DNA of 38,890 nucleotides from Bdellovibrionota bacterium. GTDB taxonomy: Bacteria > Bdellovibrionota > UBA1018 > UBA923. Position 1 is the stretch's first letter. Each line of letters opens with the position of its first letter. Positions 7,623 through 17,845 of the stretch are shown here, piece by piece. The DNA lies in contig JBFMCE010000031.1 of assembly GCA_040754655.1 (NCBI GenBank), positions 1 to 38,890 of the forward strand, written 5' to 3'. The notes under the pieces were generated by a model. That model saw only the letters and a program-made list of their open reading frames with translations. It was not told the DNA's origin and did no database searches. The translations under genes were made by a program, and so were the position numbers.

Positions 7623-8540
7623 ATGAAAGTGTTCGTGATCCTAAACAAAAATGCGGGGTTACTGAAGAAGGGAGAAGGTTTCAAACCCGAGATAGGCGCG
7701 GCGCATGAAATCACTTTTTGCGTGTGCTCTTCTAAGAAGGACTTGCCACCCCTGATCGACCGGGCGATCAAGCGTGGCGTGGATGTCATCGTTGCCGGCG
7801 GCGGAGATGGGACGATTTCAGAAACTGTGAACCTGATCTCTGTTTATGCGCAAAAACCTAGCCTGGGCATCATACCCCTTGGTACTGGCAATGATTTAAG
7901 CCGCTCTTTCGGCATTCCTCTTGATCCCGTTGAAGCCTTGAACCTTATCCTCGACGAACAAGCAAGCCAGGGCCGCCTTATCGATCTTATTCATGTTCAA
8001 GCGCTAGGCGAAACAAGGCTATGCGTCAACCTGGCTTCGGGCGGTTTAGCAGGGGAAATCGAAAAAACCATCGACGATCCCCTCAAACAACGCTGGGGGC
8101 AACTTGCCTATGCGCGCGCCGCACTTTCAGTGGCAAACCATATCAAAGAATTCAAAGTTCAACTGACCATTGACGAAAATCCAGCCCTTTGTCTCTCTAC
8201 GTTAAATGTCATCGTCGCCAATGGCAAGGCCGCCGGCGGCGGTTTCGAGGTGGCGCCGCATGCAAGCCCCGTGGATCATAAACTCGATGTAGTGATTGTT
8301 CACCCTGCGGCTCGAATGCAACTCGCTTTAACTCTCGCCCAATTGCTCGGCGGGGATTATACACAGAGCGAAAATGTAACGCATTTCAAAGCCCGAAAGA
8401 TCAAGATCGACTCTGACCCTCAGATGGATTTCAACATCGATGGTGATCTTTTCAGCCCCACTCCGCTTGAATTTTCAGTCATCCCCAATGCCTTACGCAT
8501 CATCACAAAAAAAGAAAATAAAGCTCCCGCCGCCGCTTAA
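7623..8540 (+). CDS. Diacylglycerol/sphingosine kinase family lipid kinase (YegS/BmrU-like)
   Basis: LNKNAG, GGGDGT..E, IIPLGTGND, NG...GGG and NIDGD motifs. Confidence 0.92.
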   Translation: MKVFVILNKNAGLLKKGEGFKPEIGAAHEITFCVCSSKKDLPPLIDRAIKRGVDVIVAGGGDGTISETVNLISVYAQKPSLGIIPLGTGNDLSRSFGIPLDPVEALNLILDEQASQGRLIDLIHVQALGETRLCVNLASGGLAGEIEKTIDDPLKQRWGQLAYARAALSVANHIKEFKVQLTIDENPALCLSTLNVIVANGKAAGGGFEVAPHASPVDHKLDVVIVHPAARMQLALTLAQLLGGDYTQSENVTHFKARKIKIDSDPQMDFNIDGDLFSPTPLEFSVIPNALRIITKKENKAPAAA

Positions 8541-8600
8541 GCTCTCGGATGCTGAAAGAGGTTACAGATCGAAACTCTTGATGTAGGGTCTTTCACCATC

Positions 8601-9371
8601 ATGAAACAAACCACGACAATCCTCTTGCTTCTACTCGCGTTGACTTTGATCTCAGCCTGCACATCAGTTCGCGTTGACATGCCCGCGAATCGCTTTGAAT
8701 CGCCCGAAACCAATGGGGCGCTGCTCAAAGGCCATATCGAACCTGCTGCTCTTCAGGGAATCAATGAGGTTGTGCTGGTAGAGGATTACACGCGACGCCC
8801 GCCTCGGAACGACACGCCTGAATTCAGCGAGTCCGACTACGCGTATCGATTCAGCGCAGGCATAGGAGTGCTTGAACGGCTTGACGTCGATTTGCGCGTA
8901 CATGAGGAATCACCAACAATGCTTGGCGTGAAGTATCAGTTTTTAGGCGAACCGCGCGCAAAGGAAGTCTCTTCGGATTTCAAGCTTGCCGTGAGCGCCG
9001 GGGCGGGGGCGGGGAACCGCAAAGGTTCATCGACCGACACTCTTTTCACTCAGTCTGGCCAGTATGATGTTGATTTCCTCGCTTTTGACCTTGCGGTCAT
9101 CCTTGGATATCGCCTGACACCAGCGATTCTTTTTTACGGCGGTCCCTTCGCCTACTGGCTTGATGCCGACGGCGAAATCGCTCAGCCCGCAGCCGGAGGC
9201 ACGACCTATCCTCTTGATGGTTCGGGTAGAGAGTTTGGAACGAACCTCGGAGTTCAATTTGACTTGGGTCCCCTTCTGATCAAGCTCGAGGAAGCGTGGG
9301 CCATGGCCCAGTTCGGAGTGCATAAACGCGCTCATTACCACACGGGGTTGTTGCTCGGTTTTCAATGGTGA
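8601..9371 (+). CDS. Putative lipoprotein with an outer-membrane beta-barrel-like C-terminal region
   Basis: Lipobox LISA-C, amphipathic strands, and a C-terminal beta-signal-like HTGLLLGFQW. Confidence 0.7.
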   Translation: MKQTTTILLLLLALTLISACTSVRVDMPANRFESPETNGALLKGHIEPAALQGINEVVLVEDYTRRPPRNDTPEFSESDYAYRFSAGIGVLERLDVDLRVHEESPTMLGVKYQFLGEPRAKEVSSDFKLAVSAGAGAGNRKGSSTDTLFTQSGQYDVDFLAFDLAVILGYRLTPAILFYGGPFAYWLDADGEIAQPAAGGTTYPLDGSGREFGTNLGVQFDLGPLLIKLEEAWAMAQFGVHKRAHYHTGLLLGFQW

Positions 9372-9409
9372 AAATTCAATAAATTCTTGAGGCCACCTTT
9401 TCTTTATCC

Positions 9410-9435
9410 TATTTTCAAATTTTCATTTGAAAATA
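9410..9435. promoter_or_regulatory. Palindromic operator, probably bound by the adjacent TetR
   Basis: TATTTTCAAAT-TTTC-ATTTGAAAATA has perfect 11-bp arms and overlaps the -35 of TTGAAA(9427-9432)-N17-TAACGT(9450-9455). Confidence 0.7.
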
Positions 9436-9461
9436 TTGTACACCCATTTTAACGTTGGCTT

Positions 9462-10157
9462 ATGAAAACCACTGCCGAAAATCAGCAGCGAACGCGTCTC
9501 CATCTTGGACGGGGCCGCCCACCCAAACGAGCGAGTTCCGGGGTTCATTCGCCCGACCAAACCAGGACCTTGTTGCTCAAGGCGGCGAAGAAGCTTTTCG
9601 CCAGCCGCGGTTATGACGGGACCAGCGTGAAAGAATTAGCCGAAGAGGCCAAAGTGAACGTCAGCTTGGTAAGTTATCATTTCGGCGGCAAAGAGGGGTT
9701 GTTTAGGGCATGCATTGATCAGTTCGCGCGATCGCGCCTGGAAGTCGCTCAAAGATTGTTGCTGCCCCCGGCCTCGCAGGAAGAGTTTCGAATACGACTG
9801 CAGATGTTTGCCGATGAGCTCCTGAATTATTTCGTTGAAGAGCCCGAACTCACGAAAATCATTCAACGAGAATGTGAAAACGACTGGCCGATCGTCGAGG
9901 ATATCTTTCAAAAAACCCTGCTCAAGGCATTTGAGAAATTAGTGGGTTTTTTGGCTGCGGCGCAGAAGAAAGGAATCGTGAGACGAAACCTCGATCCCGC
10001 AACGGTCACCATTCTCATCATCGGAGGGATGACCCATTTCGCGCGCACTGAGACCTTGAGCAAGAAGTATTTCGATCGCACGCTGGGTTCTTCAGCCTAT
10101 AGGGAACAAGTTCGGGAAACAATTGTATCGGTCGTCTTAAACGGTATTACTAGATAA
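9462..10157 (+). CDS. TetR/AcrR-family transcriptional regulator
   Basis: LLKAAKKLFASRGYDGTSVKELAEEAKVNVSLVSYHFGGKEGL HTH. Confidence 0.95.
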   Translation: MKTTAENQQRTRLHLGRGRPPKRASSGVHSPDQTRTLLLKAAKKLFASRGYDGTSVKELAEEAKVNVSLVSYHFGGKEGLFRACIDQFARSRLEVAQRLLLPPASQEEFRIRLQMFADELLNYFVEEPELTKIIQRECENDWPIVEDIFQKTLLKAFEKLVGFLAAAQKKGIVRRNLDPATVTILIIGGMTHFARTETLSKKYFDRTLGSSAYREQVRETIVSVVLNGITR

Positions 10158-10187
10158 AAAAAACTGACTAGCCAGAGAATTACACCT

Positions 10188-11630
10188 ATGCCAACTCTTC
10201 ATCTCTTGACGAATACGCGTATCGCCCTCGCCACCGGCTTTTTCTTGATGCTATCGTCCCTCATTGCGAATGCTGACGTTTTGACCCTTGAAAGCTACCT
10301 CAAGCAAGTGAGGTCAAAACACTCTGGATACCGGGCTGCCTCTGAAGCAAGTACAGGAGCCGCCCTGCGGTCTGAAGAAGGATCACTCCTCTTGGCGCCG
10401 ACCCTTTTCGGAAATGTTCAACGCTCTTCAGATGAACGACAGACCTTGAATCCCCTGTTTCAAGGCAACACGACGAAGATCGCGAATTACAGCCTTGGGG
10501 TCAGCAAGCTCACCACGTTTGGTTTGCAGGCGAGGCTATTCTACGAAACAATCCATACCGAAGTCATAGGCGCGAGTCCCGCTTTCATCACGGAACCAAG
10601 GTTTTATGACACCAGGCCAGTGCTCGAGCTCAGCCAATCGCTATGGCGAAATTTTTTCGGCGCGGAGACCCGAATTACCCAGGAGCGCCTTGAAGCGCAG
10701 GCATTGGCGACGAGCTACAATGAAAGCTTCAGGGCCAAGCAGATCTTATCAAGAGCCGAAACGGCTTACTGGCGGCTCGTGCAGGCTCGAGATGTTGTGA
10801 AGGTTCAAACCGAAAGCGTTTCACGCGCCAGGGCGATGCGAGAGTGGGCGGCCAGGCAAGCCCGCATGCAACTTGCCGACCGTTCAGATCTCTTGCAGGC
10901 CGAAGCGGCGCTCAAGGTAAAGGAGCTGGATCTGCGAGCGGCGCACGACGAACACAGGTTGGCTTCGCAAGATTTCAACTCAGTCCGGGGAATTGAAAAA
11001 GACGAGGTAGACGACACGCTTGCGAGCCTGAGCGCGGTTCAGCCGGTCGACACCGGGGCACCCGAAAGAACTGAGATGCGTGATGACGTCAGAGCGGCAA
11101 ACGAACTTCGCCGCGCCACCGCCGCGTCTGCCGAGATCGGCCTGCAACGCGCCTCTCCCACCCTCGAGGTCTACACCACCCTCTCGCTCAATGGGCGTGA
11201 CCAGCGATTCTCAAGCTCATCATCGGAGGCGTTTTCGACGAAACACCCTTGGACGATCGTAGGCTTGCGATTCAGCGCGCCCCTTGACCTTGGAACTACA
11301 TTTGCGACCCGTGCCGGTTACGTTCGCGAACGAGATGCCGCTGATCTCGATTTTGAGCGACGCCGTTTTGAACAGGATGAAGAATGGCGAAATCTCAATC
11401 GAAGGCTTCAAGAAGCGAAAGAACGCCTTAAACTCGCTCAAAGCATCGAGGATGCTCAAAAAGAAAAACTTGATAACGAACGCTCACGGCACCGTCGCGG
11501 CCGGACTACCACTTACCAAGTCATCTTGTTCGAACAAGATTACGCGACGGCGCAGATCTCTCGAATTCGCAATCAAGGTGAAATCCTTCAACTCATCGCT
11601 CAAATGAAGACCTTTGGGAGTCTATTGTGA
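10188..11630 (+). CDS. TolC-family outer-membrane efflux protein
   Basis: Signal peptide, LTLESYL, AETAYWRL, DLLQAEAAL and GRTTTYQVI; two-repeat OEP architecture. Confidence 0.88.
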   Translation: MPTLHLLTNTRIALATGFFLMLSSLIANADVLTLESYLKQVRSKHSGYRAASEASTGAALRSEEGSLLLAPTLFGNVQRSSDERQTLNPLFQGNTTKIANYSLGVSKLTTFGLQARLFYETIHTEVIGASPAFITEPRFYDTRPVLELSQSLWRNFFGAETRITQERLEAQALATSYNESFRAKQILSRAETAYWRLVQARDVVKVQTESVSRARAMREWAARQARMQLADRSDLLQAEAALKVKELDLRAAHDEHRLASQDFNSVRGIEKDEVDDTLASLSAVQPVDTGAPERTEMRDDVRAANELRRATAASAEIGLQRASPTLEVYTTLSLNGRDQRFSSSSSEAFSTKHPWTIVGLRFSAPLDLGTTFATRAGYVRERDAADLDFERRRFEQDEEWRNLNRRLQEAKERLKLAQSIEDAQKEKLDNERSRHRRGRTTTYQVILFEQDYATAQISRIRNQGEILQLIAQMKTFGSLL

Positions 11631-14600
11631 ACCTTGCAACTTTATCGATTCGTCGACCCATATTCATCACGTGCGTAGTCATCGTGATGCTGTCGGTAGG
11701 CTACCTCTGCCTTAAGAGGCTTCCGGTCGATCTCTTCCCCGACGTCACCTTTCCAGTCGTGACGGTGACGACTCAATACCGTGGCGCCGGGCCTTCTGAA
11801 GTTGAAACGCAAATTTCAAAAGTCCTTGAAGAAGAGATCAGCACGCTTCCGGGAATCAAAACCTTAAGCTCGGTGAATAAAGAAGGCTTCAGCACCGTCA
11901 TCGCGGAATTTTCCTTAGAGACCGACGTGAAATACGCCGAACAGCAAATTCGCGACCGCGTAGCCTCGGCGAAAAGAAAACTTCCGGATGACATTGAAGA
12001 ACCCGTCATTCGGCGCATTGATCCCGCGGACCAGCCGATCTTGATCTTAGCCTTCTCGGCCGACCTCCCACCTGGAAAGCTCTTTGAGTTGGCGGATGAC
12101 TTCGTAAAACCGAAGCTCGAACAGGTGAATAAGGTGGGCTTGGTTGAGATCGGCGGAGGCCGCGAACGTGAAATTCACGTCGAGCTTGATCGAGAAAAAC
12201 TAAAGCTCTATGAAGTTTCGGCGACCCAGGTCGCCACGCAAATCGCGTCAGCCGGAGAAAATATCCCGGCCGGGAAACTCAGCCAAGACAAGCAAGAAAC
12301 CGTTTACCGCACTCTGGGTGAATTCAAGTCAATCAAAGACATCGAAAAGACGGTGGTAAACTTCATGGGAAACGATGTTCCCGTGACAGTGGCCGAATTA
12401 GGGAAGGTAACCGACAATCTCGAGGATGAAAGGTCGCGGACTTACGTCAACGGCAAACGGGCGTTGACGCTGATGCTTTTCAGGCAATCGGGATCGAACA
12501 CGATTTCAGTGGTTGAAGGGGTGTACAAGAGGGTCTCCGACATCAATAAAGAGCTCGCCTCAATGCCCGGCGACGGGAAAGTCGAAATCGTTAGAAACGC
12601 GGCGAAATTCATCCGCGCGAACGTCGATGACGTCAAAGAAGCGATCATGATCGGCATTGGGCTGACGATATTGGTCGTATTCTTCTTCCTCGGCAGCGGA
12701 AGATCGACCATCATCACGGGTCTCGCGCTCCCGAACTCGCTTCTCGGCGCGTTTATCCTGATGGCTGCGATGGGATTCACCATCAACGTCATGAGCCTGC
12801 TTGCCTTGAGCTTGGCGGTCGGATTGCTCATCGATGACGCGATCGTCGTGCGCGAGAATATCTTTCGTCACGTCGAAATGGGAAAAACGCCGGTTCAGGC
12901 GTCAATCGATGGAACGAAGGAAGTCACTCTCGCCGTCGTGGCTACGACGCTCACCGTGATCGCCGTGTTCGGACCGATTGGTTTCCTGCAGGGGGTGGTG
13001 GGCCAGTTCTTCAAACAATTCGGTCTCACGATTTGTTTCGCGATGGCCATCAGCTTGTTCGATGCGCTGACCATGGCGCCCATGCTCTCTGCTTTTTTTG
13101 CGGGAACGACTCATGGGATAAGCGACAAGGGCCTGTGGGGCAAAACGGCAGGCAGGGCTCTCAGAAAATTTGACCGCTTCCAAACATTTCTCGAAGACAC
13201 TTACGAAAGAGTCTTGAGGTATACTTTGAAAAGACCGGTCCGCATCCTTGTCGGCGCCCTATTGATCTTCTTCGCAAGCTTCGCCGCGGTCAGCAAAGTT
13301 CCAAAGACCTTCTTGCCTGCTCAGGATGCAGGGGAGTTTGCGGTGATCATCGACATGCCTCCGGGCACGAGCCTTGAAGCAATGGACAATGTCGCAGACC
13401 AAGTTGACAAAGTCATTCGCCAAAACAAGGAGGTTGAGACCTCGATTCGCATCATCGGCGGGCGCGAGGGCGAAGCCAACGTGGCGCAATTTTTCATAGA
13501 ACTCGTTCCTTCAAAGCAGAGATCCATCAATACCTCGCTTTTTAAGGAGCGCATACGGCAACAGCTTCAGCCCTTTGCTTACGCTAAACCCAAGGTGCAA
13601 GACATCGACATGGTGGCAGGCGGCCAGAGACCGTTCAACATCAACATCATTGGCTCAAACCTTCAGCAACTTGAGGAAGTCTCCCAAAAAGTCTTGGATA
13701 AACTCAAGGCCCACCCGGGCCTTAAAGACGTCGACACAAGCCACAAGCCCGGAAAACCTGAGTTCCAGGTGGCAGTGGATAACCGACGGGCCGAAAGACT
13801 CGGCGTTTCGACGAAGATCGTCGGGCAAGAGCTGCGCACTCACATCGAGGGCATCGTGCCCGCGGTCTTTCGGGAAGAGGGGCGAGAGTATGACATTCGC
13901 GTTCGTTTAAGGGAAGAGCAGCGCAATCTACAAAAAGGATTTGAAGCGACTCTGGTTCCTAACATCAACAACAGATTGGTAAGGCTCTCGGATGTGGCGA
14001 GACCAGTCGCGGAAAGCGGGCCCGCGAACATCACCCGTCAAGATCGGGGCCGTTATATCCAGATCTCAGGTGACCTCACGCCGGGCGGGGTGGGCATGGG
14101 CGCTGTCATGCAAGATACGATCAAGCTCCTTGAAAACGACATCAAGCTTCCGCCCGGAATGCGTTACAAGTTCGTAGGTCAAGCCGAAAACTTCAAAGAG
14201 CTGGGTGAAAACATGGTGACGGCCGTACTGCTGGGCATCTTGTTCATCTATCTCGTCTTAGCGAGCCTTTACGAATCGTTCATCACTCCTTTCACGATCA
14301 TGCTCGTGTTGCCTCTGGCGGCGTGTGGAGCCTTTTATGCGCTGTTCATAACGCAAAGCTCGCTTGATATTTTTTCGATGATCGGCTGCGTGATGTTGTT
14401 GGGGCTCGCGACCAAGAACTCGATCTTGCTCGTCGATTACGCAAACCAACTTGTCGCCGAAGGAAGCGACCGGGGATCAGCGATCATTCGAGCCGGCAAG
14501 ATGAGACTAAGGCCTATTTTAATGACGAGCTTCGCGCTCATAGCAGGAATGCTGCCGATCGCATTAGGGCTCAATGAAGCGTCGAAGCAGCGCACGAGCA

Positions 14601-14821
14601 TGGGCATCGCCGTCATTGGCGGGCTGATCAGTTCGACGTTTCTCACTCTGGTAGTGATTCCCGCGTCGTATTCTTACATCGATCGATTCAGGGTTTGGAG
14701 CAATCAGCGGATGAAAAAGCTATTTGGAGTCGACTCGACAAAGGCCACTGTGAAAGCGAGTGCCAAGCCTCAAACGACTGACAGCCCTTCGCTCTCGCAA
14801 GAGGCTCCTAAACTCAACTAA
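11627..14821 (+). CDS. RND efflux transporter permease (AcrB/AcrD/AcrF family)
   Basis: 1064 aa with SIRRPI, LPVDLFPDV, GLLIDDAIVVREN, KNSILLVD and RLRPILMT; the proton-relay residues are intact. Confidence 0.96.
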   Translation: MNLATLSIRRPIFITCVVIVMLSVGYLCLKRLPVDLFPDVTFPVVTVTTQYRGAGPSEVETQISKVLEEEISTLPGIKTLSSVNKEGFSTVIAEFSLETDVKYAEQQIRDRVASAKRKLPDDIEEPVIRRIDPADQPILILAFSADLPPGKLFELADDFVKPKLEQVNKVGLVEIGGGREREIHVELDREKLKLYEVSATQVATQIASAGENIPAGKLSQDKQETVYRTLGEFKSIKDIEKTVVNFMGNDVPVTVAELGKVTDNLEDERSRTYVNGKRALTLMLFRQSGSNTISVVEGVYKRVSDINKELASMPGDGKVEIVRNAAKFIRANVDDVKEAIMIGIGLTILVVFFFLGSGRSTIITGLALPNSLLGAFILMAAMGFTINVMSLLALSLAVGLLIDDAIVVRENIFRHVEMGKTPVQASIDGTKEVTLAVVATTLTVIAVFGPIGFLQGVVGQFFKQFGLTICFAMAISLFDALTMAPMLSAFFAGTTHGISDKGLWGKTAGRALRKFDRFQTFLEDTYERVLRYTLKRPVRILVGALLIFFASFAAVSKVPKTFLPAQDAGEFAVIIDMPPGTSLEAMDNVADQVDKVIRQNKEVETSIRIIGGREGEANVAQFFIELVPSKQRSINTSLFKERIRQQLQPFAYAKPKVQDIDMVAGGQRPFNINIIGSNLQQLEEVSQKVLDKLKAHPGLKDVDTSHKPGKPEFQVAVDNRRAERLGVSTKIVGQELRTHIEGIVPAVFREEGREYDIRVRLREEQRNLQKGFEATLVPNINNRLVRLSDVARPVAESGPANITRQDRGRYIQISGDLTPGGVGMGAVMQDTIKLLENDIKLPPGMRYKFVGQAENFKELGENMVTAVLLGILFIYLVLASLYESFITPFTIMLVLPLAACGAFYALFITQSSLDIFSMIGCVMLLGLATKNSILLVDYANQLVAEGSDRGSAIIRAGKMRLRPILMTSFALIAGMLPIALGLNEASKQRTSMGIAVIGGLISSTFLTLVVIPASYSYIDRFRVWSNQRMKKLFGVDSTKATVKASAKPQTTDSPSLSQEAPKLN

Positions 14822-15575
14822 AGGCCACCGAAAAGATTGAAAAAAGCAAAACCGCCGTGAGAACGACTTGACGGGCCTTATCGAGCCGTTCCGCTTGCAG
14901 CGAACTGACGAACCGACGCACCATCAGCGCGGAAGCAATGCTTCCTGCCGCAAGCAGCGCTACACTGCTGAGATCAAAATCGCGGCGAAGCCTTTCATGC
15001 TGCGCCACAAGCGAACTGAGCGAGGCGAACATGATCGCGAATAAACTTGTGGGAACGGCTTTCTGCAAAGGCAGCTTCATCGGCCCCGCAAGCCATGGAA
15101 CCAGCAACACGCCTCCGCCAAGACCCGTCATGCTGGTAAGGCATCCGAGAAATATCCCGCTCGACATGGACTTTATCGCCTGAGCCGTGCGAGGCTTATT
15201 GCGCCGAGACGAGGACTTCTCCGCGCGCGGAGGCTTTCTGATCCATATATTGGCTAAACTAAAAAGGCAGATCCCCACGAACAAGCCTTGAATGATTTCG
15301 ACAGCCGAATTTTCTTTTAAAAATTTACCCACGTAGGCGCCCAGGGGAGCAAATGCCGCCGTCAGAGCAGCGATCGAATACTCGGTCTGTTTTCGTTGCA
15401 AGAACCAGTTTAGGATGGCCGAGATGAATACCGCGTAAAGGGAATAAAGAGTGGCGGCCCTCAGATCGGCATCTAAAAACTGGGTGAACAGAGGAACAGC
15501 GATCACCGCTCCACCTGCACCAGTCAAGCCAAGAATCGCGCCAACGACAGTTCCTATGACCGCCCAAAAGATCAT
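14814..15575 (-). CDS. TSUP/TauE-SafE family sulfur-compound exporter
   Basis: Duplicated GLTGAGG.V.AVP / MTGLGGG.LLVP motifs and AVPTSL; about 8 TM segments. Confidence 0.88.
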   Translation of the reverse strand: MIFWAVIGTVVGAILGLTGAGGAVIAVPLFTQFLDADLRAATLYSLYAVFISAILNWFLQRKQTEYSIAALTAAFAPLGAYVGKFLKENSAVEIIQGLFVGICLFSLANIWIRKPPRAEKSSSRRNKPRTAQAIKSMSSGIFLGCLTSMTGLGGGVLLVPWLAGPMKLPLQKAVPTSLFAIMFASLSSLVAQHERLRRDFDLSSVALLAAGSIASALMVRRFVSSLQAERLDKARQVVLTAVLLFSIFSVAFS

Positions 15576-15644
15576 TGAGATTTTTCCACTTTCCTCATGC
15601 GACTTCGCTTATAATTGATTTGACGCAAACCCGGGAAAGAAACA

Positions 15645-16034
15645 ATGGCACTCAATGATGTTTTGGAAAAGAAAATTCCTGTTAGAATCGCAAGTCAAAA
15701 CCGAGGAGAGCGCGAGGGACAAATTACGGTGCTTTTCTTTGACAAAGCGACACGCACGAAGCGCGCAATGAAACGCCTGGCAATCTGCTGGGCCTTGGCG
15801 CTCATATCAATAGTGTTCCCTCTCGTTCATTTCATACTCGTCCCCGCTTTTTTCGTTGCAGGGCCGGTAAGCGCTTTCCTCGCATATCAAACGTCGTCAA
15901 TGGTGACGGGCGGCCATGGCGCATGCCCCTATTGTTCCGAATCATTCCCCATCGAAAAAGGAGCGCTCAACTGGCCTCTAGAGGACACGTGTTCAAAATG
16001 CAGGCAGACCGTGCTCATTCATGAAGCACAATAG
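15645..16034 (+). CDS. Hypothetical 2-TM membrane protein with a C-terminal zinc ribbon
   Basis: Hydrophobic hairpin followed by CPYC...CSKC; TATAAT at 15610-15615 upstream. Confidence 0.75.
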   Translation: MALNDVLEKKIPVRIASQNRGEREGQITVLFFDKATRTKRAMKRLAICWALALISIVFPLVHFILVPAFFVAGPVSAFLAYQTSSMVTGGHGACPYCSESFPIEKGALNWPLEDTCSKCRQTVLIHEAQ

Positions 16035-16055
16035 AGTTTTGCTTCGACTGCTTGT

Positions 16056-17096
16056 CTAAGCCGCTATCTTCCGTCTTTTTCTTAAAAACATCGAAGCTAG
16101 CGTAGTGACGCCTCCGGCGACCACTACAGCCGCTACCGGATGCAAGGATGCCGTCGTAAAGATGCTCGACTTTAAAACGTGTCCCGGATATCGGCCGTGC
16201 ACGTCGCCGTCTTTTGAAGGACGGAAAAGGCTGTCGCGGGACCTGCTCTTTAGGAGATCGGTCCTGCTTTGGCCCTCTTCAAGCATCTTTTTCTCCATAT
16301 AAAGGTCGACCGCGCGAGGAGCGAACTTCTCTAAAAGAGAATAAAACTTAGCCGAACCGCCGACATAGACATTTCGAACGGGTTTCTGCGCGCATTCTAA
16401 AATGGCTTTGGCCACCACCTCAGGCGCATAGACCGGCGGAGTATGCACGGGTTGACGGTTCTTCTGCGACGAAGACTCATTCAGATGATTCCTCGCGTGC
16501 TCTGTGTAGGGAGTATCAATCGCCCCCGGCATCACGAGTGTGACTGAAATCGGCGCTTCTTCCGACTCGAGTTCCATGCGCAGCGAATCCGTGTATCCTT
16601 TCACCGCGTGTTTTGACGCGACATAAGCCCCTTGAAGAGGAATCGCGCGCTCAGAAAGGATGCTTCCGATGTTGATCAGGGCTCCGCCTTGTTTTTGCAA
16701 ATGAGGCAGAGCGGCTCGGCATCCATTGACCACGCCCCAGAAATTCACGTCAAAGAGTCGACGCTTTTCCTTCATCGATGTCTTGGTCAAACGACCGTAG
16801 ATGCTCACTGCCGCATTGTTCACCCAAGTATCGATTCGCCCGAACCGATTGATGGCCTTCTCTGCGACTTTTTCCATGGCATGCTCGTCAGCCACGTCAC
16901 CTACGGCGTACTCGACTTCTTTTCCCTCTTTTTTCAAACGCCTAGCGAGCCTCTTGAGCTCTTCTTCGTTGCGGGCGACAAGAACGACCTTTGCGCCCTG
17001 GTCGGCCGCCATCTCCGCGGTGGCGAGCCCAATTCCACTGCTGGCTCCCGTAATGACGATCACTTGATCACTGAGTTTCTTCAAATCAACGTTCAT
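16056..17096 (-). CDS. Short-chain dehydrogenase/reductase (SDR) with a C-terminal hydrophobic tail
   Basis: TGASSGIG, WVNNA, YVASK and PPVYAPEVVA motifs. Confidence 0.95.
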   Translation of the reverse strand: MNVDLKKLSDQVIVITGASSGIGLATAEMAADQGAKVVLVARNEEELKRLARRLKKEGKEVEYAVGDVADEHAMEKVAEKAINRFGRIDTWVNNAAVSIYGRLTKTSMKEKRRLFDVNFWGVVNGCRAALPHLQKQGGALINIGSILSERAIPLQGAYVASKHAVKGYTDSLRMELESEEAPISVTLVMPGAIDTPYTEHARNHLNESSSQKNRQPVHTPPVYAPEVVAKAILECAQKPVRNVYVGGSAKFYSLLEKFAPRAVDLYMEKKMLEEGQSRTDLLKSRSRDSLFRPSKDGDVHGRYPGHVLKSSIFTTASLHPVAAVVVAGGVTTLASMFLRKRRKIAA

Positions 17097-17110
17097 ACGA
17101 TCTCTTTCTA

Positions 17111-17845
17111 TTAAGCGGCTCTTTCGGCCTCGACCAAAGTAATATCATTGACCCATGAGCGGACTTGTTCGAGATGCCCAGCCTCTTCACGCAGCGCGCG
17201 CTCGAAGTTTTGGATCATCTCCGCATTGCCAGCCTCTCGAGCAAGCTTGACCAATAAATCCCACCCGTCGTTGTCAACAAGCTCGGCCGTCAAGATCGCC
17301 TGCAGGCATTGTTCGACCGTTGTCCTCGGGTCGTTGAGCACTTGCACAAGGCCCATCGATGAGACCGCGGTCACATCGGCGCATGGGGTCATCGCCGTAG
17401 GATCGGCACCGAGCGATTTCATCGCGTCTCGGACGATTTCAAAATGCCTTAGCTCCTCATCTTTGATTTTTTGAAGCGCCTCGAGCGAAATACCGCCGAT
17501 CCCCAGTTTCTGAACCTCGTATTTTCTGATCAGCGCTTCGTATAAGCGCACTCCCGAACGCTCAAACGCCAACCGTTCACCAAGCTTGTCTATGAATACT
17601 TCCGGTTTCTTTCCGCTCAATTTCTGAAGGCTTGTTTTCGCAACTCCTTTTAGAGTGCCGGGAAAGGGGACCGTCCCGATGGGATCGGCTTCGCGAATAC
17701 ATTCTTTCCTGAGATCGCTGTCACTCATTTCCGCCTCGGTCTGCCGAGAAAGAAGTAGATTCGCTTTCGAGAGCATTTCCCGCGAAAGCAACGGAGAGGA
17801 ATCAATGCCTGTTCGGTTCATACCGATATCTACTGGTTTTTTCAT
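17111..17845 (-). CDS. Ferritin-like di-metal-carboxylate domain protein
   Basis: E / ExxH / E / ExxH pattern: AFERSG, DEELRH, AELVD, EEAGH. ATG 17845 overlaps the upstream stop (ATGA). Confidence 0.85.
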   Translation of the reverse strand: MKKPVDIGMNRTGIDSSPLLSREMLSKANLLLSRQTEAEMSDSDLRKECIREADPIGTVPFPGTLKGVAKTSLQKLSGKKPEVFIDKLGERLAFERSGVRLYEALIRKYEVQKLGIGGISLEALQKIKDEELRHFEIVRDAMKSLGADPTAMTPCADVTAVSSMGLVQVLNDPRTTVEQCLQAILTAELVDNDGWDLLVKLAREAGNAEMIQNFERALREEAGHLEQVRSWVNDITLVEAERAA

